Of a stretch of 64,000 bases of DNA, positions 36,720 through 44,037 are shown one piece after another. The DNA lies in NCBI GenBank assembly GCA_965199955.1, contig CBDATQ010000001.1, positions 256,001 through 320,000 of the forward strand, given 5' to 3'. The stretch comes from Spirochaetia bacterium (lineage in GTDB: Bacteria > Spirochaetota > Spirochaetia > SZUA-6 > Bin103). The stretch's first letter is position 1; each line of letters starts with the position of its first letter. The notes beneath the pieces are model-generated. The model was not told where the DNA came from, ran no database searches, and saw nothing but the letters and a program-made list of their open reading frames with translations. Both the position numbers and the translations under genes were made by a program.

Positions 36720-39700
36720 ATGACTTCATTCAAGCGCTGGTTTGGGGCTGGCGCGATCGTTGTGGCGGCACTCGTGCTGGTCGCCTGCCCCGGAATGGCG
36801 CCTAGCGTCACGAAGGAGATCCCCAACATGCAGTTAGCTGCTGGGGCAACCGAGGCAGAGACGATCCAGCTCGACAGCTACTTCAAGGTTGACCGGGACG
36901 CCACGTATGGGGCGACCTCGGACAATACCGACGTAGTAACTGTTGATGTTGCGGGCGCCCTCCTCACGGTGACGCCGAAAGGAACCGCCGGCACCGCCAA
37001 TGTGCAGGTCACGGCATCGAAGGGCGGCACTGATCCTGTATCGCAGTCGTTCTCGGTGACGGTAGCCGAGCCGTCTACTCCGACGGTGAACAATCCCCCG
37101 GCGATACGGACGGTCATTCAGCCGATGACCATTCAGCTCGGCTCGTCGAAGACGCTCGAGCTGTCGGATTACTACCTGGACGTCGAGAACGATACGCTGA
37201 CGTATGCCGCCACCGTATCGAACAATCCCTCGGTCGCGACGATCAGCCGCGCCAACTCGATGATCACGATCACCGGGGCGGTTGTGGGCACTGCGACGAT
37301 CACCGTCACCGCAGCGGACGGCCCGGGCCGTGCCGTGCCGCAGATGTTCGACGTAACAGTCGCGGTTGAACAGGATAACAATCAACCTCGACAAATTGAC
37401 GACATCCGGCCCCCGACCGGTCTGATGTACGGAGGCGAGGCGGACGTTGACCTGTCGCCGTACTTCATTGACGACGACGGCGACGACATCACGTACTCGG
37501 TTGATTCGAGCAACACGAATGTCGTGACGGTCAGCGTGTCCGGATCGATAGTCAGGGTCGAGGTAGTTAGTCACGGCACGGCCAGGATCATCGTCACCGC
37601 CAAGGACCCGTCCAACGAACCGGTAACGGCATGGTTCGACGTAACGGTGGACAATCAGCCCCCGATGGCTACCGACGCCAACAGGCAGCTCTCTCTGAGC
37701 CTCGTGTCACCTGACAACATGAGCGAGCAAGACCTGAGTCGTCACTTCACGGACCTCGAAGGTGACGCACTGACGTATAGCGTTGATTCGGTCGAGCCCG
37801 AAGGCGTCCTGATGACCCCTGCGGTATCCGGCTCGACGCTCGTGCTCACGGCCCTTGGTGCCGGCACCGCGGACGTTGAGGTCCGTGCAGAGGAAACGGG
37901 CTTGAAGAGCAACGCCACGACGAAAACCTTTCGAGTCGTGGTTACTGCTGTGCCGAACGAGAGGCCGAGGATAGTAGGCGACGGAATCCCGGACCAGCCT
38001 CCTCTGAAGCTGCTTGTCATGAACATGATGGAGAGCGTGACGTCAGAGCCGATCGACCTGTCGATGTACTTCATGGATCCGGATGAAATGCCGTCGCCGC
38101 TGACGTATACCGATAGCTCGAACATCTCGGGCATGAAGACGACGATCGAAGGCTCGATGCTGACGATCACGGCAGACGCTGCCGGCACGACGATGATCAC
38201 CGTCACAGCTACGGACGGCGTAGAAAGCGTTAGTGACAAGTTCTCCGTGATGGTAACGGCTCCGGACGCGCCGACGCGGACCGGCCCACCACCGGGTGTC
38301 CAGACCTTTGCGTCGTCTAACGCGGAAGCCATGGATATCGAGCTTGACGGCTACTTCCATGGTGCAACGGGCTACGAGGCTGAATCGGACGACGAAACCG
38401 TTGTAACGGCGAGTGTGTCGAATTCGACGGTGACGCTGACGCCGGAAGGCGCAGGCACTGCGCTCGTGACGGTCACGGCGCAAAACAGTGGAGATGAGGT
38501 AGCAACCCTGATCTTCAGGGTGAAGGTGTCAGATCCGGTAGTGGCAGCGCCGACTGTCAAAAGTCCGATTCGAGATCAGACCGTTGTGATTGGCGACGCT
38601 CCCTTGATGATCGATGTTTCCGTGAACTTCTCGGATGCAACGGACTACGATGCGCTGTGTCTTGACGATGCCAAGTGCACGGCCGAGGTAACAGCCGCCG
38701 GGATGCTCACGCTGACTGCGGGCACGCAGTATGGCACGACCAACGTGTGGGTAAGGGCTTTCAACGATGCGGGCTCTGTACCGGATGAGTTCGAGGCGGA
38801 GGTGCAGGCGAAGCCGACATTGAAGAAGATCTTCGAAGACTGGTACATCCACGTTAACCCCGGCGAATTCAACACAAAGCCAATTATGGCCGTGAAGGCG
38901 AAGGATTACGTCACCGATCCCGATGGGGAAGATGAGAAGCTTCAGTTCATGGTGACGTCGAGCGATAAGGCTATCTTAGAGGCTCAGGAAGCCGAAGACG
39001 GCGCGTGGTCCATCAAATTTCTGGCGTTCGGCATAGCGACTGTCACGGTCACGGCTACCGACGAGGACATGAATGTCGCAAGTTGGACGTACGAGGTGAC
39101 GGTAGTCGGCGGAAACGAGCGCCCGACGGCGTTGCCACGTAGCGGATTGATCAAGAACGTCAGCGGCAATCCCAAAGATACGAAATTGTACATCGGTGAG
39201 ATAGCGACCGTGATCGACGAAATTTTGGTCGGGAGATTGTTCGATGACTCAGATTTCGTGAGAGGCGATGAGCTGACCTTCGAACTGGGGGTGTACAAGG
39301 GTGGCACCGATATCGGAAAAATCATCGATACCGACGGTAGAAAGATAGCCATGGAGCCGCTTGCACCGGACAAGGCTCAGGTCAGTGGCGTCGTGTCGAT
39401 CAACGGCGACTCGTCGACGCCGAAGTGGGGCGGCGATGCGAGCAAGATCACCGTCACGTTGACGGCGTTGAGAGGTGGTACCACCACAGATCGCGTTTGG
39501 ATCATAGCGACGGACAGGCGCGGACGTTCGGCCGCGCAATACGTCGACGTACATGTGAATAGCGTGCTGAAGAGCGAAGGTGCGCAAGCGGATCTGCAGA
39601 AGCGGGCAAAGCTCAGTGGCCAGGGCGATCAAAAAGCCGTTGTGTCTGGGGGGAGCGCCAGGAACGACGCCGGCGTTGTCTTAATGACATGGGACGGCGT

Positions 39701-40073
39701 TCTCGCCGACAACCCTTTCGGTGATAACCCGGGGAGCAACGTGAGGACGATCAAGCTTTTGGCAACGAACGGAGGACATTTCCATGACCCTGATGGTGAT
39801 ATTGTCGAATGCTCCTACGTTCGGTACCCGGAGGAAGGGGCGGAGTTGGGCCCGCCGGAAGAGCGGTATCCCGTAGCGAAGGTAAGCATGCACTCGGAAG
39901 GGCACACGCTAACGATCGAGCCTACAGAGACGCCTCCAATTGGGATGACAAGGTTGATGTTGACAGTGACTGTTACATGTCAGGAGAGACTCAAGGCCGA
40001 TGGTAAGGTCGTCGCGCACGAAACGGATACGCTGACGATAGGAGTAACGGGGAGGACCTTCTCCGTACAATAG
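36720..40073 (+). CDS. large surface lipoprotein with tandem Ig/cadherin-like domains
   Basis: AAGGAG SD, lipobox LVAC, repeated units (DLS.YF.D.D.D.LTY...S...V..G..LT.T...GTA.I.VTA.D); visibly lower GC than its flanks. Confidence 0.82.
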   Translation: MTSFKRWFGAGAIVVAALVLVACPGMAPSVTKEIPNMQLAAGATEAETIQLDSYFKVDRDATYGATSDNTDVVTVDVAGALLTVTPKGTAGTANVQVTASKGGTDPVSQSFSVTVAEPSTPTVNNPPAIRTVIQPMTIQLGSSKTLELSDYYLDVENDTLTYAATVSNNPSVATISRANSMITITGAVVGTATITVTAADGPGRAVPQMFDVTVAVEQDNNQPRQIDDIRPPTGLMYGGEADVDLSPYFIDDDGDDITYSVDSSNTNVVTVSVSGSIVRVEVVSHGTARIIVTAKDPSNEPVTAWFDVTVDNQPPMATDANRQLSLSLVSPDNMSEQDLSRHFTDLEGDALTYSVDSVEPEGVLMTPAVSGSTLVLTALGAGTADVEVRAEETGLKSNATTKTFRVVVTAVPNERPRIVGDGIPDQPPLKLLVMNMMESVTSEPIDLSMYFMDPDEMPSPLTYTDSSNISGMKTTIEGSMLTITADAAGTTMITVTATDGVESVSDKFSVMVTAPDAPTRTGPPPGVQTFASSNAEAMDIELDGYFHGATGYEAESDDETVVTASVSNSTVTLTPEGAGTALVTVTAQNSGDEVATLIFRVKVSDPVVAAPTVKSPIRDQTVVIGDAPLMIDVSVNFSDATDYDALCLDDAKCTAEVTAAGMLTLTAGTQYGTTNVWVRAFNDAGSVPDEFEAEVQAKPTLKKIFEDWYIHVNPGEFNTKPIMAVKAKDYVTDPDGEDEKLQFMVTSSDKAILEAQEAEDGAWSIKFLAFGIATVTVTATDEDMNVASWTYEVTVVGGNERPTALPRSGLIKNVSGNPKDTKLYIGEIATVIDEILVGRLFDDSDFVRGDELTFELGVYKGGTDIGKIIDTDGRKIAMEPLAPDKAQVSGVVSINGDSSTPKWGGDASKITVTLTALRGGTTTDRVWIIATDRRGRSAAQYVDVHVNSVLKSEGAQADLQKRAKLSGQGDQKAVVSGGSARNDAGVVLMTWDGVLADNPFGDNPGSNVRTIKLLATNGGHFHDPDGDIVECSYVRYPEEGAELGPPEERYPVAKVSMHSEGHTLTIEPTETPPIGMTRLMLTVTVTCQERLKADGKVVAHETDTLTIGVTGRTFSVQ

Positions 40074-40095
40074 ACTTACTGGTTACGGCGTTTGC

Positions 40096-40130
40096 GCCGC
40101 CGGGGGCTTTGGCCCCCGGCGGCTTTTTTT
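40096..40130 (+). terminator. intrinsic terminator
   Basis: GCCGCCGGGGGC-TTTG-GCCCCCGGCGGC followed by T7. Confidence 0.92.
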
Positions 40131-40131
40131 G

Positions 40132-40577
40132 TTGCGCCCGGCATGGGCGTTCACCAGGACCTGCGGCGTGCGCGGAGCATGACAAGTCCTCTTACCGACC
40201 CGGCAGGGGGAACGGGGGAGTCGAAGGCAACGCTTGCCTGTCGCGAGGCGGGATCTGAAGGAAGCCGGACGCATACCGCTGGCCCGGCGAACAGGAGCCA
40301 CATAGGAGGCAGCCGCGTTGGACCAGGGGCCAAAGGACTGAAGTTCAGTACCTGCACGGAAAGCGCGGACGTATATGCGGCGGGCATAAGCGGGAAGGCG
40401 GAAGTTCTTATCCGGGAAAGTCTGACGGCGGGTCGCCGGGGAGGCGACGCGGAGCATGGGAAGGGTGTGGCCGAGCCGTCAGAAGTGAGCAGAAGGAATA
40501 GTGGGTCGGCGTGACGCTGCCGAAGGCCCGAACACGGAACCGGGGTCGACGCCCGAACCTCGATGACGAGGGAGACT
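40132..40577 (+). mobile_element. 5' fragment (domains I-III) of a class IIC group II intron; RT ORF and DV/DVI missing
   Basis: Starts TTGCGCCCGGCATGGGCG right after the terminator U-tract; contains IIC-like segments ATCTGAAGGAAGCC, CGAACAGGA, CAGAAGTGAGCAGAAGG...TAGT and GAAGGCCCGAAC; right boundary approximate. Confidence 0.75.
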
Positions 40578-40619
40578 CTGGATAGTATCGCTGAGATGCC
40601 CGAATCTGCCGGGCGGTCG

Positions 40620-40708
40620 TTTCGCTTCAGCGCCACCGTCTTGGGCCGATCGAACACCGCGCACAGCGGCACTCCGCCGAACCGCACGAAGTGCTCGGCC
40701 GTTGTCCT
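40620..40708 (-). pseudogene. IS21-family transposase (IstA) fragment
   Basis: Translates as EHFVRFGGVPLCAVFDRPKTVALK, the FGGVP..xxD motif of IstA. Confidence 0.65.
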
Positions 40709-40854
40709 TGCATATCCATCGCGTCTTCCTGTGGTCGTGGCGATTCGTCAGCCCGCGCCGCCAGTTCCGCCATGCTCAGCAGATCAACCACGCGAAGCGG
40801 CGATCGACCTGCCGAGATCGCCACGAACGGATCGCCGGCCGCTGCGCTGGTTCA

Positions 40855-41218
40855 TTTCTCCGGCAGCGATAGCAGCTCGCCGTCGCTATCTCCATAGAAC
40901 ACCCGATCCTCGGCCCAACAGCGGCTGTACCGCAGGAGTTCCGCAGCGCCGGCAGGAGATCCCGATCCGCACCTTCGCCGACTGGAACGAACAGGAGCCG
41001 GGCTTCTTCGAGATCGACCGAATGGGCCACGACGGCGGCGATGCCCCGGGCGAGTTCTGCCGCACGCTGACCATCACGGACGTCGACACCGGCTGTGTCG
41101 ACACCTGCACGGGCTGAAGAACAAGGCGCAGCGTTGGACCCACGACACCTGCTACGTCGAGCAGAAGAACGGCCACGTGGTGCGCCGCGCGGTCGGATAC
41201 CTGCGCCACGACACCGAC
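40855..41218 (+). pseudogene. degraded DDE integrase-core (rve-type) transposase
   Basis: IPIRTFADWNEQEPGFFEID..GHDGG...GEFCRTLTITDVDTG, then after a frameshift/deletion DTCYVEQKNGHVVRRAVGYLRHDT. Confidence 0.72.
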
Positions 41219-41297
41219 GAGCGATGCTTCGATGCAGGCCCAGGGGTTGCTATGGATGCCGAGGACGGCTCGCTAACCGTGCCCGCTCAACACCATG

Positions 41298-41372
41298 TCG
41301 GCGGTTGCCTGCTCCGCCGAACCTGACCTATCGTTGGCGGGCACGGGAACGAAGGCATGGCTACGCTCACGC
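41298..41372 (+). repeat. 75-bp direct repeat, copy 1 (upstream region, RBS and codons MATLT)
   Basis: Identical to 43963..44037. Confidence 0.93.
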
Positions 41373-42094
41373 AACGGATCGAGGTCGTCGAGGAGAGGAC
41401 TGACAGTCTGGAAAGCATCTTCGCCGCGTTCATGGCGCGCACCGACGCCTCCATGGCGCGGACCGAGGAGGCGATCGGGCGCCTGGAGCGCATCATCGAG
41501 CGCAGGGAACGGGAAGGCGCCCGCGAGCGGGAAGAAGCCGCACGCGCACGGGAAGAAGCGGCACGCGAGCGGAAAGAGATGAAGGAGCAGGCCGCCCGCG
41601 AGCGGGAAGAGATGAACCGGCGCTGGGGCGAGCTGGCCAACAAGATGGGGACCATCGTCGAGGACATCGTCGCTCCCAGCATCCGCCGCCTGGCCCGCGA
41701 GGTATTCGACTGTGGCGACCTGCGAGCGTTCTACACACGCACCGTGCGCACGCGCAGCGACGACCCCTCGCGCGAGCGTGAGTTCGACGCCCTCTACGTC
41801 GGGACGCAGGCGGTGCTGCTCAACGAGACCAGGGCAACGGCGCGCCCCGAGTACGCGCGGGCGTTCGTGCAGTTTCTGGAGAGCGGCCAGTTCGCGCAGT
41901 ACGTTCCGGAGTACCCGCAGTTGCCGATCGTGCCGGTGTTCTCGTCGCTGAGCATACCGGCCGATGTGGTCACGTACCTGACGCGGCGGGGCATCTATGC
42001 GGTGGCGATGGGCGACGAGGCCATGGAGGTGCTCAACCTGGACGAAGTGCGCCAGCGCAGCCCCGCACACGCTGACGACGCTCGGGGCGGCTGA
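41357..42094 (+). CDS. coiled-coil protein with C-terminal PD-(D/E)XK-like nuclease fold (DUF3782-like)
   Basis: Charged repeats AREREEA, then MNRRWGELANKMGTIVEDIVAP, EFDAL...LNETR. Confidence 0.75.
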   Translation: MATLTQRIEVVEERTDSLESIFAAFMARTDASMARTEEAIGRLERIIERREREGAREREEAARAREEAARERKEMKEQAAREREEMNRRWGELANKMGTIVEDIVAPSIRRLAREVFDCGDLRAFYTRTVRTRSDDPSREREFDALYVGTQAVLLNETRATARPEYARAFVQFLESGQFAQYVPEYPQLPIVPVFSSLSIPADVVTYLTRRGIYAVAMGDEAMEVLNLDEVRQRSPAHADDARGG

Positions 42095-42215
42095 GAGCCC
42101 CGCGCGGCGCGCCACGCGCATGAACGTCTCGTAGCTGCCGTCCAGGCCGTACTTTGTCTTTACGACCAAGTGCAGGCGCTCTTCAGCTTCAACGGGTTCT
42201 TCGTGCGGTTGGAAG
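42095..42215 (-). pseudogene. possible IS21 IstA N-terminal fragment
   Basis: HLVVKTKYGLDGSYETFMRVAR resembles the IstA GSY helix motif; frameshifted upstream. Confidence 0.4.
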
Positions 42216-42311
42216 CGCTACGGCCCTGTCGTGCGCTATCACGGGTGAACCCTGCTGCGGATCGGCCATTTCGCGCCGGCCGCAATGACCCGGTGATGAG
42301 GAGACTGCGCC

Positions 42312-42370
42312 ATGACCCCGACGTTCGACACGCTGAAGGCCACCACGCGGTTGGCAGCGAGCGCCGGCGG
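42312..42370 (+). pseudogene. 5' stub of a DUF1640-like gene
   Basis: GAGGAG SD plus MTPTFDTLKATTRL, similar to the stub at 42865. Confidence 0.5.
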
Positions 42371-42445
42371 CGCGACGGCTCGTTCCGCTGACGCGCCGCG
42401 CGTACCGTTCCGGATCACGGAAGCGTTGCGCCATGCACTGCTCAG

Positions 42446-42820
42446 GTGAGCCCCGACGCATCGCCCGGCAGGTTGCGATGGTACCTGCTCACGTACTCCG
42501 TTGTGGTAACCGTGTACCTCGTGCTCGCGTTGGACGATGCGATGCGGTCCGCGATGGCGAGAGGGCTCGTGGAAGTTATGTACCATGCCATGACGCGCAC
42601 GGCATCTGTCGGCACCGCCTTGGCTGCGGTCATCGTCGGACTTGAAGGAGTTACCATGACGTTCTTGAAGCGCGAACGCGAAAAAGGTCGACGCGAAGGT
42701 CGACGCGAAGGTCGTCTCGAAGGGCTGCGAGAGCGCGACCGTCAGTGGAAGGACTGGCAGGAGAGACTCAAGAAGGATCCGGACGCGGAGCCGCCGCCAC
42801 CACCGCGGGATGACGACTGA
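42446..42820 (+). CDS. 2-TM hypothetical protein with EGRR-repeat/poly-Pro tail and an internal start at 42656
   Basis: Two hydrophobic segments, then AAGGAG-TTACC-ATG in frame; tail EKGRREGRREGRLEG...W..W...PPPPP. Confidence 0.75.
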   Translation: MSPDASPGRLRWYLLTYSVVVTVYLVLALDDAMRSAMARGLVEVMYHAMTRTASVGTALAAVIVGLEGVTMTFLKREREKGRREGRREGRLEGLRERDRQWKDWQERLKKDPDAEPPPPPRDDD

Positions 42821-42864
42821 CGGCCGCATCCCGGCGATGGCCGGATAGGATGGAGGACCGGACC

Positions 42865-43010
42865 ATGGCCGTCACGATCGACACGCTGAGGGCAGCGACG
42901 CGGCTGCGAGAAAAGGCCGGCTTCAGCGAGAAGCAGGCAACCGAGCTGGTAGCGACGTTCGCCGACGGGTTCGTCGAGAACCTCGCGACGAGGGACGACG
43001 TGAAACCGAA
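42865..43010 (+). pseudogene. truncated DUF1640/CCDC90-like gene
   Basis: GGAGG SD plus MAVTIDTLRAATRLREKAGFSEKQATELV...NLATRDDV; similarity ends where the convergent gene begins. Confidence 0.65.
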
Positions 43011-43018
43011 GAGACTCC

Positions 43019-43831
43019 TTACGCGGACAGCGGGATGTAGCGTACCCCTGCGGCTTCCGCTCGCTGCCGATCGGCGGGGTCGATCCGCTGGCCGACGATC
43101 ACCGGCAGCGCGTCATCGCCGAACACCGCTGCCAGCGTGTCGGCACTCTGACGGCTGCGGCTGATGTCGGCGCCGTCGATCCGATTGGCAACCTCGACCG
43201 CGATCCAGACCGGGCCACGGTCGCGGCTGCGCGCCTGCAGGATGATGTCGGTGGCGAGGATGCGGTGTTCCTGCTCCCCGGTGATCCGCCCCTCGTCCGC
43301 GGCCTGCGCCACGCTGGCCTCGAAGTCATCGGGCGCCTGGTGCAGGGCGCTCTGCACGATCCGTCCGCGCCGCAATCCGAGGTGCTGACTCAGCAGCGGT
43401 CGGATCCTGCGGTGCGCGCGCATCTCCAGGTCGGAGCCCTTGAGATCTCCCACGTCGTTCACGAGGGTTCTCGTCGTGGTCTTCAACTCCGCGACGTCGG
43501 TCTTCAACTCCGCGACGTCGGTCTTCAATTCCGCGACGTCGGTCTTCAATTTCACGACGTCGGTCTTCAACTCCGCGACGTCGGTCTTCAACTCCGCGAC
43601 GTCGGTCTTCAATTCCGCGACGTCGGTCTTCAATTCTGCGACGTCGGTCTTCAATTTCGCGACGTCCTTCTCGATGCGGTCCAGCCGCGCCGGCATACCG
43701 AGAAACTCGTTGGTCAGCAACGCGCGCAACAGCAACCGCTGGGCGTCGGGGTTGGCGCGCAACTCCTCAATGATCCGCGCTACCAGCGACTCCGGATCCA
43801 GTTGCGATGAGCTGAGGGGCTTCGTGGTCAT
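43019..43831 (-). CDS. heptad-repeat coiled-coil protein with degenerate PD-(D/E)XK-like C-terminal domain
   Basis: (LKTDVAE)n, then VGDLKGSDLE...DIIL...IAVEVA..ID..DI.R. Confidence 0.75.
   Translation of the reverse strand: MTTKPLSSSQLDPESLVARIIEELRANPDAQRLLLRALLTNEFLGMPARLDRIEKDVAKLKTDVAELKTDVAELKTDVAELKTDVAELKTDVVKLKTDVAELKTDVAELKTDVAELKTTTRTLVNDVGDLKGSDLEMRAHRRIRPLLSQHLGLRRGRIVQSALHQAPDDFEASVAQAADEGRITGEQEHRILATDIILQARSRDRGPVWIAVEVANRIDGADISRSRQSADTLAAVFGDDALPVIVGQRIDPADRQRAEAAGVRYIPLSA
43478..43666. repeat. 9 x 21-bp tandem repeat, consensus GGTCTTCAAYTCCGCGACGTC
   Basis: Read directly; encodes the LKTDVAE heptads on the minus strand. Confidence 0.95.
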
Positions 43832-43962
43832 GGCGGTGGCTTTCGGGTCGCCTGCCAACCTATCCACGGTGCGGTCGCGCCGTCAAGCCGACTCCTGGTT
43901 TGACAGCACCCGGAAACGGTGACGATAGAGCCGACGCAGCTTTCGTTCCTTACGCCTCTCAT

Positions 43963-44037
43963 TCGGCGGTTGCCTGCTCCGCCGAACCTGACCTATCGTT
44001 GGCGGGCACGGGAACGAAGGCATGGCTACGCTCACGC
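43963..44037 (+). repeat. 75-bp direct repeat, copy 2
   Basis: Identical to 41298..41372. Confidence 0.93.

Noticed and set aside
40083..40687. ORFs over the intron fragment as protein-coding genes
   Set aside because: No RT or other motifs apart from the short IstA piece; the region is better explained as structured RNA.
43478..43666. 21-bp repeats as a CRISPR array
   Set aside because: Units are contiguous with no spacers, lie in frame within a CDS, and no cas genes are present.
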